A stretch of 64,000 nt of DNA from positions 620,001 to 684,000 of the forward strand of contig NC_092671.1 in the NCBI RefSeq assembly GCF_964355755.1, read 5' to 3'. Every line of letters begins with the position of its first letter. Within the stretch, counting starts at the first letter, position 1. The translations under genes and the position numbers were made by a program. This DNA comes from Antedon mediterranea. Lineage: Eukaryota; Animalia; Echinodermata. The notes beneath the pieces were generated by a model that saw only the letters and a program-made list of their open reading frames with translations, was not told the origin of the DNA and did no database searches. Positions 1 through 12,700 of this stretch are shown piece after piece.

Positions 1-3000
1 TTAAAATAACATCTTACTACCAGCAATTATATGATACTAAATAATGAAAAGCCATTTGTCCATTATCATGGTAAAATCGCGTTTTAGAACTTAAGTTTAA
101 AACGCGATAATATCGTGTCGTAAAAAAAAACCAGTTTTGAGAAAATGAAAAACACTTTTGCTGTTTTATTTTATCCTATAGCCCCAATTAAGTAACTTTT
201 AAACGCAATACCAATCGTGCAGACTTTTCGTGAAATTTAAAATACCTCAATAAAAGCCCCTATCATATGGACACAGTCAATTATAGAAATCCCCTATAAT
301 GGATAATAACGCCCGTATTTTGGAAAGATTTCACCAACCCCACTCGAAATTTACGATACAGGAGTACAGTTGTAGATCCAACACTTAATCAAGGCATATC
401 ACCAAAACTACTATGGTAAACCGATACCGTCTTAATACTGGTACACCCTTAACATTAATAAAGTTTCCTGTGTAGAATCAGCTGATAACCAGAACATAAA
501 ATAAACTTACTGGTATAAAGACACTGGTATAAAGACAATGGGATAGGAGCGACGGCATCACCAAGAGTAATTGTTCTATAAAATATCATTATCCAGTTTG
601 TAGATACTGTATTATGTAAAGTTCTTTATTATTTATTTATTTATTTCAACTATATTTATGATGGTGGTCCATCCAGCCGAAGCTAATCATTACTCTAGGA
701 CATTTTTTTATTCCAATTCAACAATACAGTAAATAAGTAAAATTTCATGAAACAGGGTAACCACAAGTGTTACCACAAAAAAACGAAAATAAAGGAATAT
801 TAGAAGGGATTTGAATTAAAATTTAAATGAAATTAATTGGACATTTAAAATGAAATCGTAAAGGAAATATAAAGGAAGAATATAGTTTAGTCAGATGTAT
901 TGGTCCTTCGGAAATTCATGTCGGAATTGAAACAATAAAATTAGAGCACAACCAATATACACTGTACAGGATAAACATAAAAGTAACAACCAATACCGTA
1001 TACATATTTAGCGCACGAATAGAGTGCGTATTTATAACAAATAAAAAGATATAGGCCTAAAAATCTTTTTTTCTTCAGAAAATGTGTTTGATAGATTTGT
1101 GCATATTAGATAGCGAGAGTGATTCATTAACATGCCTTGATTATTGATTTGTGTAAATATGGCTAATTCAACGGATTAGATGCATAAAGCTTATCATCGA
1201 TAAACGTTGAATATGGTTGAATTGCATTTTTGGCGATTCATTCAACCAGTTACAAAAGGTAGAGACAACGGTTTGGATTAATTCTTCTCATATTGCTGAT
1301 AAAAATAATATTTTATGTCATTTGTACGTGAAACGTTGATTGATTTCAATGACATTTCTTCTGATAGTTTGCTAATAAAATACAATACTGTGTCAGTTTA
1401 TGCAAAACAGACGAGCAAAAAGTAATTTATGTGGGTAGGATGTTTGTAGTAGCATGGTTCGTAGTTGTTCACTGCCAGTCGACAGCTAGAGGAGATACTG
1501 ACAACCTGTTATATTCAGAGGCCTAGATTTACGAAATGTTAGCTAAGAAATGAAACATTTCTTTTACAAGAACAGCAGACATTGAGTCACGTTTTAACAA
1601 TCATTGATTCAAGAGAAAATGCAAGTATTATTCGTTTCTTCAGGTTAGAGTAAAAGAAATTCAACTCTTTCTTGTTTTTAGTTTCAAAATTTAGGCCCTA
1701 CCTTATTATCAAATCTGAACTACGTCATTGCACAATAGTAGGCCTAATGTCGACTTCGATATTAATTTATGATACCTGAATAGATCGAGAAACTTGTGAA
1801 ATTGTTGTATCTGTATTCGTGATATTCATGACAGGCCAAAACATTAGCTCATGAGTTCTAATAATCCCAGGGTACCTGGGTCATGTCATGTCAAGTTGAT
1901 CTCACAACGAACATTTACATATCATTTATGATTTACACGTTGGTCTTGTTACGGTTTGTTCTGCTTTCCATTGTATAATAATTTTATTCGTTTATTTTCT
2001 ATATCTCCACCTGTTAAAACAGTTGAAATGATCATTTCTATTAATAGGCCTATGCCTACGCCATTACAATAACACGTGAAATACTCGCGTGTATTGTTCG
2101 AGTGAAGTTACGTTAGTTTCAGTTTCATCATAACAATTAGCTGCAGGTCATTGTGTTTAGGATAGATGTAAACATACACCGATTTTTTTCATCATTTATT
2201 TTTTGGACTAGGATATCTTAACGTGTAGGCCTAATGTAATTGAGAAGTCTTTATTTTTCAGTAAAAACTGTATAATAGATTAGATTTCAGATAACCATGA
2301 GGATATAAAACATATTACAATATAAGCAATTATTTGATCTTATCTGCCAGACCTTTAGGCCAAAATTCTTTCCGGAATGAGCATCCACAGGGTAGAAGCA
2401 TTGTATGTGTATATTTTTTTCATTATTCGGCCACGGGCTGCTGGTGTCATTAAATATACATTAAAGAGGATGTTTTACAAAACAACTCATGTAGAATCAA
2501 ACAGTATGTTGTTTAACCTTTATTAATCTGTTTTGATGTATCTTGGTTAGCGTGTAACAAGACGTAGGCCTATAAAACTTATATATGAAATTATTTCAGT
2601 CTATACTTTCAATGTTTTTAAAAAATCTTTATTAATTGGTATCAACACAATCATTAACATCCAGTTAGGCATACATTTTTTAATTGTATGTTGTAGGCCA
2701 AGTACCAGCCAATTATCATTTTTATTTATTGTTTAGCTTCGGGCCAAAGCTACCTCGGGCGAATAGTAGACTACTATTTCAGGAACCTTAGTCATAGTTT
2801 TAACTAAAAAATATGGCAAAGTATGTAAGCATCGCGTTTTTAACGATTATAGGAGTATTACTATATCATAATTTTTTATTTAAATTAATATCATCATAGT
2901 CATGTCATCACCATTTTCATTAGTCAACTTCATCAGTGGTAGGCCTGTAAAATGATGGCGAAATATGCCTAATACTATGAGTTGACCGCGACATAAGCTA

Positions 3001-4914
3001 TTCTCGTAGTTAGTTCTAGGGCCTATAGTAATAATGAACGTTCTATATAATTGACCAGCACGTATAATGGGAAATCTATTGGTTTATACCTTAAATTCGG
3101 CCATTCACTAGACAGCAGATAATCCACCATGCGAATAGTGTTGATGAATATGAACCTCCTCCATGGTTAATACACTGAGAAACTAATAGGCCTACAGTAT
3201 AATCAGTACCGTAGGCCCTATACTATTATAGGCCTACATGGATGCAAGATGAAAACGACTGTTTCCGTATAAGCGTTGATGTATACACGTGAATTAATAA
3301 GTTGACCTGCCCAACACACCACATAAATAGGCCTACCAGCATTAGAATTAACTTATTAATTATTAGCAGCTATTTTAGATGCAAATAATATCTGTTAATA
3401 ATATATGATTACGTAATATGCATAGAGTAATATTCTTTACGGTACTCTACGGCAATAATTCGTAACTATAATATTACCATAACAATCACATATTTGTTGT
3501 CGGAGTATCGTGTGACTGACAGCTACTACTTTCTAAAAAAAAAGGACGGAGAGACAGACAGACCAATCATAATACAGTATACGTCACACTTGTTGTGAAT
3601 CCTTCCTTTGGGCCACCCCTATTATTTAGGCGACGAAAGGGGTTTTAACACCACAGGCAAAACAAATTCAGAGGACATCCCGTTAAGGGGACACTTTGGT
3701 GTGTCGTACAGGTATCTTATTTTCACACGGTATAATACCGGTCCAGGTTCACGACAGCATTTAAACGCGGCGCGTAAATTGTGCTACAGACTTAAGTTTG
3801 GTGTGTTGAATTTTAGATTTAGAAAACATATTTGTAGCACTACTACTACATTCCAGACTGGATGATGCGTATTATGGAGGAAATAATATTAGAAAAAAAA
3901 CATCATCGTCACGTGGTTTCATGAATAATTAAACGTGCCAAAAATATCAATGTTGTAAAAACCAATCAAAAGACGTCTGCTATGAATTGGAATTGAATGA
4001 AGCCGTATGGTATACTAAATTATGAATGTTAAACTCAACAAATAATATGGTATTTGTAGTCTCATTAAACCTAAGTACTTGCTTAAATTAAGCCAGCTAC
4101 AGTACTACAAAAACCAAGTCTAACGATGATAGTATAGTAACCCATGCATTCATATATTAATAGATAAGCGTGATGGAATAGAGGAAGAAACATACAAAAA
4201 AACATACTAGTATTTTATCTTATATAACAGTTTTTATACACCATTATAAACACAGCTAACTCACCAAATATAAAACACGTAATATCTTTACAAAATATAC
4301 ATATGCCTACCTTAATTATTACACGGTATTGGTGTGTTGGAAACAAAATGATATCGTAACGACGTCAGACAGAAACAGCGTAATTCAAATTGCCGATACT
4401 ACGCAGTACACACACCGTTCGTCGTTGTAGTAGTACAGTAGTAGTAAATATGGATGGTATTTTGAATGGTAGCTCATGCATGCAGTCGCATATTTGTCAT
4501 GCTAAACGACTCTCTCATTCATAAAGATCCATCTATTGTATCCATTGTACAACAGAAATTAATTACAATCTGTCGTTGAGGGAGTAGTCAAGAGATTGTT
4601 ATCAATGCTCAAAATCAATAATATTGATAACAATTTGACTATAATAATCAATTGGATCGTCAACTTTTTGATGACTATATTTTTGTTAAATAATTAATTA
4701 TTTTGTGAAACAATACATATGAAATACATGCAAAACATGCTACCAGTAAAGCAATATAAAATACGGTAGTATCCGAATACTGATAGGCCTGCCCGAATTT
4801 AAACCTAAGTTCTGATTACCTTATTGGACTTATGTAATCAATATAATTAATTTTTACAAAAATGAAATTATCAATTTTGATTTTTAAATGAATACGGTTA
4901 GTGATACTGTATAC

Positions 4915-5069
4915 AGCTTGGTTTCCACTATATACGCAACGCAAAGACGTGAGCGTGACGCAAGCGAGTTGACCAATAACAATCAACAGTTCGAATAATC
5001 CATCGTTTGTAATTGGTTAAATTACTTGCGTTACGCCTGTCTTTGCCTTGCGTCCAGGGAACCAAGCCT
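4915..5069. mobile_element. Degenerate MITE, family A (Harbinger/PIF-like, TIR GCTTGGTTCCCACTA)
   Basis: Ends agcttggtttccacta ... gggaaccaagcc. The internal sequence (acgcaacgca...ttgaccaat...gtaattggttaaattacttgcgtt) aligns by eye with the copies at 7857-8350. Confidence 0.7.
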
Positions 5070-5287
5070 AAGAGCGTTCCGACTTAATTGACACACATTT
5101 GGCAATGTTTTATGCTATCGTATTCAAGTAGTTTTTAAAGAGAAAAAAAACTACTAATCGATAGTGTGGCTTCTGGCTGAATAATTGGCTGTCATGAACA
5201 GAAGAACTACTTGTTCTTGGATAATAATTACTGTGTTTGTTTATATACCATAGGCTGCAGAGTATCATTAAGAATTAAGCCGTGAAT

Positions 5288-6874
5288 ATGAACGTAAAGA
5301 CGGGAGAGTCTTATGCTGAACGAAGCACTGGACTTGGCGCCAAAATACTGGTTCTTGGGGACAGCGGAGTCGGTAAGACCCGCCTAGTTAGACGCTTTGT
5401 AGAAGATACTTTTATTCCACGCTATGTTGCTACAGTTGGGGTTGATTTCAGATCAAAGGCTGTCAAAGTAGGAGGAAAAGAATTGATGCTGCAAATATGG
5501 GATACAGCGGGTCAAGAGCGTTTTCGATCCATGACAACAACTATTTTCAGAGGTGCAGAAGGTAAGATCACTTTGTTTGGTACCTTTACCGCTTCATGGG
5601 TGTGTGCGCACACAATAAATGTAATGATTATTAATTGTTAATGATGATTAAGATGATAATGGTGACGATAAGTATGACAATGGTTTTGAATTTGACGACA
5701 TGTTAAGGTCCAAAACGATTTATTGTTGACACGCTTTCATCAGTGACGACGATATGATCCTAATAGAGATGATGACAATGATAATGATGACATTAAATAT
5801 GAGAATGACGATGATGATATAGCAAAATTGATGACAATGACGACATAATGTTAACGGTTTACAGGTTGGCATGCATTCATCATAGTTAATTATTATAATG
5901 TTATTCTAGAATGTCGATAATGAGGCCTATGATAAACCTAATTTATAATGGGTAATTCAAATTACACAATGTCCATGTGTAGCGTATTCGACGACGCATT
6001 TTAAATTGATTGATACCATAAACTAATACAGCAACATCAGGGAAATGTAATCGTTCAGTTTTTAATCAATAAGTGATCACGTGACAGAGTAATCATTCAA
6101 TTGGAATAGGCTTATGTTGTTTAAAAATATGTAATCAACACTCATTAATAATTACAAACATGAGATGAGCAAAATACGCGAGACATTGTCAATGTCAGTA
6201 CTCTGTGTGTCGTGGTGTAAGTGACAATTCACATTACAAAAGAATGAATGAATGTTCAAAAGTTAATGATGAGTCAAATACTGAATATTATTAATGTAAT
6301 AGTAACCATCTAGATTGATCATTCTAATGATGTTAGACTATTTGAGCATAGTTACACGAACATATTGGATTGCCAAATAATGATTGTTAATGCAATTATT
6401 AAATTCATTTCGATCGAATAATACCACACATAATATGAGGTTATTACTTTTAGTATAGGCCTATGCATTGTATTCATAGAAGCTATTTTAATGTCAACTA
6501 TTATATTTTTTATAGGCGCAATTTTAGTTTACGATGTATCATCGCGAGTATCGTTTGATCATCTAGAAGATTGGATAGAAAGTATACGAAAGAGTGCTGA
6601 CCAAAACATACGAGTGGTTGTTGTTGGCAACAAAACGGATAAAGAAGACCAAATCGAGGTTGACGCGCGTACTGGCAAGAAATTTTCCGAACTAATGGGA
6701 TTGAACTTCTTTGAAACTAGCGCGCAATCTGGCAAAAATGTTGACAAACCGTTTAACAGGTTAGCAAAGGAAATACTGGAAGCACGACAAATTACAGAAA
6801 CACAATTATTTGAACAAGAGAGGAATAAGGTGCCTATTTCTGAAGAAAAGAAAACATTTGAATGTCTATGCTAG
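5288..6874 (+). CDS. Rab-family small GTPase (divergent, Rab8/10/13-like), 210 aa, two coding exons 5288-5561 and 6516-6874
   Basis: G-boxes GDSGVGKT, WDTAGQE, GNKTD and ETSA. RabF-like motifs VGVDF, LQIW, RFRSMT, LVYDV. C-terminal CXC (ECLC). A phase-1 GT-AG intron (GAA G|gtaag ... tatag|GC GCA) joins the two ORFs in frame. Confidence 0.93.
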
Positions 6875-7472
6875 AAAATATCGGCTTTTATGCTTTTATA
6901 ACAGAGAGGAAAGAGTTATTACTAGGTCGCGGGCGCGGCATGAGTTTCGCGTGCGCAATGACATCTTCTGAATTTAGACAACTTTAATAAGCTATATAAA
7001 GGAATTAAAGGAATAAAAGCAACTTATTGCTTGTCTATTGGTCATGTTGTAAAAGTATAGCCTAGAGGTGCATGACCACCGGTAAGTGCGGATGTAGCGC
7101 GGACTTGGTGCTCCATAGTAAATTTGATAATATGCTGGTGCACATAATACAATTCACCAAGGTAATGTTGTTAAATTCACTATTGTTATAGTGAAACGTT
7201 TCTCAGCCTGTCTGTCGTTAAAATAGTGTGGTAACACGAGTTCAATACAGCAATAGTAATAATAATATTATAATATTTTGACATTTTAAATGTGTTTTAT
7301 ACTATAGTACACTTTGTTTCATTTGTTAAGCACTAATTATCTGAACGATATGTATGCACAATAATATAAAATATCTAACCGTTATTAATGTATGTCTTTG
7401 ATTGTTAAATGCAAAAACATGTTAAGAAACTTGAAAGATGAAACAATTCAATCAGTAATCTGAAATATTTGT

Positions 7473-7790
7473 AAAGCTTGGTTCCCACTAGCGACGCACC
7501 GTAACGCAACCTACGCAACGTAAAGTTTGGTTCCCACTAGCGACGCACCGTAACGCAACCTACGCAACGTAAAGCTTGGTTCCCACTAGCGACGCACCGT
7601 AACGCAACCAACGCAACGTAAAGCTTGGTTCCCAATAGCGACGCACCGTAACGTAACCTACGCAACGTAAAGCTTGGTTCCCACTAGCGACGCACCGTAA
7701 CGCAACGTAAAGCTTGGTTCCCACTAGCGACGCACCCTAAAGCTTGGTTCCCACTAGCGACGCACCCTAAAGCTTGGTTCCCACTAGAAC
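7473..7790 (+). repeat. Tandem array of the left end of MITE family A (unit 49 bp, shrinking to 40 and 30 bp)
   Basis: Eight head-to-tail starts of aagcttggttcccactag (about 7475, 7524, 7573, 7622, 7671, 7711, 7741, 7771). The full unit continues cgacgcaccgtaacgcaacctacgcaacgta. Confidence 0.9.
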
Positions 7791-7856
7791 GTAACGCAAG
7801 GACGTAAACGCAACGTAAGCGTTTTAACCAATGACAAGCGAAGTTATAGACAGTTA

Positions 7857-8350
7857 AGCTTGGTTCCCACTAGAACCGTACCTAAAGAGCCAACAACAAC
7901 ATCGGCAAGGGTTCGTCGAGGCCGACTCGCTCCTAGTTCTGGTGGTGGAACAAGTCTTCTCGGATAAGGACTATAAACCGTAGGTCCAGTGTACACAGTT
8001 ATAACCTGTGTGTACTTTAAAGAACCCAGTTCATTATTCGAAAAAGAGTAGGGGGTTGAACTGGTTCACACAATAGCCCCTGATACAGGGGATTACCACC
8101 TATCTGATAGGACAGTGATTAATTCACTATTGGTAATCCTTGGCCACATTGCCTAAAGACATAAAATAAAAAATAAAATAAATAAAGAACGTAACGCAAG
8201 GACGTAAAGGCAACGCAAGCGCTTTAACCAATGACAAGCGAAGTTATAGACAGTTAGCAATCACAAGCGAATAAGCCATCGCTTGTGATTGGTCAATTCA
8301 CTTACGTTGCTTTACGTCCTTGCGTTGCGTCGCTAGTGGGAACCACGCTT
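7857..8350. mobile_element. MITE family A copy interrupted by a SINE
   Basis: Left TIR agcttggttcccactag, right TIR ctagtgggaaccacgct, with TAA/TTA flanks as in PIF/Harbinger. Sequence resumes at 8187 exactly as in the uninterrupted copy starting at 7771. Confidence 0.8.
7877..8185 (+). mobile_element. SINE with Deu/Nin-type conserved central domain
   Basis: Contains tcttctcggataaggactataaaccgtaggtcc and taaagaaccc...ttcgaaaaagagtagggg, which match my recollection of Deu/Nin SINE cores. It has a (TAAA)n A-rich tail and is flanked by duplicated agaac (7872-7876 and 8186-8190). Confidence 0.75.
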
Positions 8351-8351
8351 T

Positions 8352-8672
8352 AGAAATCACAAGCGAATAAGCCATCGCTTGTGATTGGTCAATTCACTTG
8401 CGTTGCGTTACGTCCTTGTGTTGCGTCGCTAGTTGGAACCACGCTTAACGCAACCTACGAAACGTAAAGCTTGGTTCCCACTAGCGACGCACCGTTAACG
8501 CAACTTACGCAACGTAAAGCTTAGTTCCCACTAGCGACGCACCGTAATGCAACCTACGCAACGTAAGAAAAGCACTGATGCGTCGTCAGTTCCCACTTGT
8601 GATTATGCAATAAAGCACTTTGCGTCAATACGTCGCTGCGTTGCGTTGCGTCGCTAGTGGGAACCACGCATT
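8352..8672. mobile_element. Further MITE family A pieces: duplicated right half (8352-8447), extra left end (8468) and a complete variant copy (8518-8672)
   Basis: Same TIR words in both orientations. The 8518-8672 copy has a different internal sequence. Confidence 0.75.
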
Positions 8673-8886
8673 AGTCTATGCTGTAAAAGAACTAAACACA
8701 GTTTGTCGCACCATTCCATTCTATACTGAAGTGCGAGTTTCACATCCGGCATTCTTAAGAGCAGATTTGGGGATCAGGAAGATGTTGCGATGGTGCAGTG
8801 GTGCTTTAAATTTTAAAGTTATACGAATATTTTAAAGTACTATCTCAGGATTGTAGACGTAGATTGAGACGTAGATAAATAAAGTT

Positions 8887-9168
8887 TAATCCGTTTAATG
8901 ACAAAAAGTAAAGTAAACACCAGAAGTACGATGAGATAAACATGAAGAAACAATTATAATAATATAATAATTATAACAAATGTGTTATCATCAAATGATG
9001 TGTTGACAAATATTAATTGATTATTATTATTAATTAATCCGTTTAATGACAAAAGTAAAGTAAACACCAGAAGTAGGATGAGATAAACATGAAGAAACAA
9101 TTATAATGATATCATAATTATAACAAATTAAACAAGTTATTATCATAATGTGTTGACAAATATTAATG
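8887..9168. repeat. Tandem duplication, ~148-bp unit x2
   Basis: taatccgtttaatgacaaaa...cagaagta...gagataaacatgaagaaacaattataat...tgtgttgacaaatattaat occurs at about 8887 and 9035. Confidence 0.85.
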
Positions 9169-9720
9169 AACCTTGATTATTAATTAATACATCTAATAGG
9201 AAACGTAAAGCATAATAAACCCATTTAATAATAATAAACCCATCTTAAAAGAGTAATGCTGTATGGCTAAATAATTAGGATAAACAAAAACTTATGATAT
9301 AATGGTTGTTGATGATGGTGTCCATTAATAATACATTAATAACATCGAGGTGGATAATAATATACACAATTCTATTTATGATGGTGTCGATAAAAGTGTT
9401 GAAGATGTAGTGGTGATCAAATGAAGTTAATGATGGTGGTGGAACAACGGTTGTTGATGATGGTGATGGTAAAAAGGTTGTTAATAATAGTAAAGTTAAT
9501 GGTGATGGTGAAACAATGGTTGTTGATGAGAAATTCATGAAAGTGATACAGTTATGTGACGTCTAGGATAATGATAACACAACGATATATGGTGCTGACA
9601 CAAACTAGTGATATTAAATTTTATTGGTAAAATATGAAGACATTGTAACTAATATAACTAAAAAAAATCTTTAATAAACAATAAAAAGCAATAAAAATAA
9701 ATTCAATAATAAAATATCTT

Positions 9721-12700
9721 TCATTTGTTCTTCTTGTTTCCTTTTCTTCTTTGCCTTCCACCTTTTCCTTTTTTCTTCTTTGTAACTTCCAATGTCTGGT
9801 GTTGATCTTCATCATCTGCTTCTTCTCTTATCTGTTCTGCAACATTGTCATCATCTTTTGCATTACTCGTTGCACCTACAGAAAATTTCAATATTTGTTT
9901 TTTGCCTACTATAATTAATTTAACAATGGAATTTCAGCTGTAATTTTAATTCCTTATTTAGGATTTTATACACATGCTATAGTAGTATATGAAATCTGGC
10001 TACATTTTATATTTATTCAAGAATAATAATTATGTCAATTTAAACACTAACACCAGATAGTTCCCTTCATTTTGAGATCACTATCCTGTATGTATGCATC
10101 TTTACCATAACACTTACCACTTATCTTAGTATCAGTTGGCTCCCTTCGTTTGGATGTTTCACTAGATAGTTCAATGACATTTGACCTGTACGTATGCATC
10201 AAGCTCTGAAGTTCATCAAAGTTTTCCCAGTTGCGTTTATCAATGATTTCCACCATAGTTTTATTAAAACGACTTCGGTCCTCTTTGATCCGCTTTAAAA
10301 GGCATTCCGAAAAAAAAAAAATCTTTATACATTAGAAATAGTAAAAAATAAATATGCATTTCAGAACAAGATATACTGTACAATAAGAAATCATAAGTTA
10401 TAAGAAAGTTTGAAAATGAACTACTTTAATGATAACAGTGGCAAAATGTAACTAGACTTAGACTACTACAATCAAGGTTATGTAATTCAATTTTTTTTGT
10501 AATAAACAGTAAACATTAATAAGCAAAATAACTATTTTTAATCTTATTTATTAAGGTGAAGAAATCTAATGAAACCAACTTACATTAATAAAATAATCTA
10601 AGTCTTTGTTTGCAATATCTAGACCTTTTTCATGATTCCATTCCTTTTCAGTTACTTTAAAACAAAATAATTTCTTGATATTAAAATGGCAAGTTTGATC
10701 AATCTCATAAATATAGGTTGACACTCTATGTTAGTTGGTTCATTGATGAACTGTATGTAAGCAGTAAATGTTAGTGTCAAAATGATGTCATTGAAGTCAA
10801 GTGAGGCAAATTCATCAGATTAGTCCATCATCTGAACAGCAACTTAGTCATTAAGTATCAGAAACAAAGATGAGGGATCAGGTAGTCAGCCAAACTGTAT
10901 GTTAGTCAGCCAGTTAGTATTATGATTGGTATTACCTTCAAATAATGGTACCAACTGAGTGACCATCTTGAGTTTGAATTCGTCCAATGTCTTTTTTCTG
11001 TCAATATGTTCAGGCAACAAGACATGCTCTTCCATTTCAGTAGATTTTGTTTCTGTAATGCTAATTTCTCGCTGTATGGTATAGTTTGATGTAGCCTCAC
11101 CTTAAATATAAATACATGAATTAACTATAGAATCAAAGATTCTCAAGTTAATTTAAGCGAATTAATTCAAATTCTAAATGTAACGAATTATTACTTATGA
11201 AATTATGACTGTTGAATAAACACAAGATTAGTTTATTACAGAGTAAAGATTATTACTATTATTGCAATTTCACAAAAACATTCCTTATTATTGCACTGTA
11301 CCTTCAACGGGGCTGACAGGTCTCAATTCTGTTTCATCAGCTTTTACAGTAAACGTTGTCCGGCATATTCCACATGTTGTTTCATCAACAGACAATTCCT
11401 CCTCCATTCTAATAACAAACCAAGGGTTAGATGTCTTCACATCATTCACTGGACGTTTATCTTCATCCATCTCTTTGGCGATTTGTTCCAAGACAAGATC
11501 AGCTAACATTCCTTTCTTTAAAAGGATTGACATTATTGTTGAGGTGAACTTTTGTCTGAATGCTAGATTTGATCTTATCTTAGAAATCATGTCAGATTTC
11601 TTTTCTAAGTCTTGATGTTCCTCAAACAATTCTTTTTGTTCCTCAAACAATTCTCTTTGTTCAGCATCTTCATCAACATCTTCAATTTTGTCAACAGAAT
11701 CTTCATCAACATTGTTTCTTGTTTTAACAAAATCGTCATCGACATCTTTGGTTGTTTCAACAGAAACTTCAACATCTTTGTTTGTTTCAACAGAATCTTT
11801 ATGAACATCTTGTCTTGTAATAACAACTTTTCTAATTATTTTGTCAGAACTTTCTGGAGCTATGATTGGTTTTATATGAATCATGCCCTCAAGACTTCCT
11901 AACCGGATCAGCTTGTAATGCTCTGTAACTATTCTTTCAAATTGTAGTTTATGAAATCTATCTGAACTCCAATGGCAGGCCATAAGATACTCATCGTCTC
12001 GTTCCATCAACAGCTTTTGAAGTGTCTGTGTTAGGTCTTTTAATGTAGTCATGCGTTTAATGCGGTCCACAGCTCTTGCTAGTCTGGGTGGGTATTGTTC
12101 ATCAGTCTGAATGTGAATTAATTGGCATCTCAATTTAAATGCAACGTCAAAGTTCAACAAATTGCGAAAGTTACACAACATTACAAGAGCTAAAACAAGG
12201 GTTCTTTCAGCTTCTCCAGATTCAATGTCCTGCCTTGACGAAAATGCATCAGAAATAATGTCAAAGCTACGATACTTATCTCCACAGATCATCAGTTCCA
12301 CAAAATTTCGAACCTGTCCGAGTATTTCACTATCTCTAATGTTCTCAACCAAGCCAACTGACTGATAGCAGGTGTAATATCTAGCACGATTTCTGCACAA
12401 TTTATCTTGAAACTGGACTTGAGCAAGGTAGCTAGCTGGCAGAAAAACTTCAATCTTGCGATTAACTTTAGCCATTACTGCACATGCAACGGTAAACGCT
12501 TGCTCGATTATTGCAACAGTATTTGCAATAGATGGGATTAGAGGGTCATAAGGTCTTTTGGCAATAAACACCAAAAATCTGTTGCAGCTACCAATTGCTT
12601 TTAGTGGGTCACCACTGACATTCAAATTAGCTGAATAATCCAACATTCGGCGCATGTTGCTCAATGTACCTTTACCCTTCTCAAACCAAATTCCTAATGG

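Noticed and set aside
76-108. 33-bp near-perfect palindrome atcgcgttttagaacttaagtttaaaacgcgat
   Set aside because: Probably part of a DNA-transposon remnant cut by the window edge. No boundaries or function can be supported.
3608-3865. 85-aa ORF
   Set aside because: TTG start, no recognisable domain, no supporting splice structure.
7473-7860. CRISPR-like array of regularly spaced repeats
   Set aside because: The sequence between repeats is itself repeated, so there are no unique spacers. The repeat is a MITE terminus, there are no cas genes, and the context is eukaryotic.
9275-9540. Ser/Thr/Pro-rich ORF
   Set aside because: Decayed gat/ggt low-complexity tract downstream of the TRANK1 stop.
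10906-11100. ORF-track peptide [12 protein letters not shown]
   Set aside because: Wrong frame. The phase-1 splice from 11302 gives [31 protein letters not shown].
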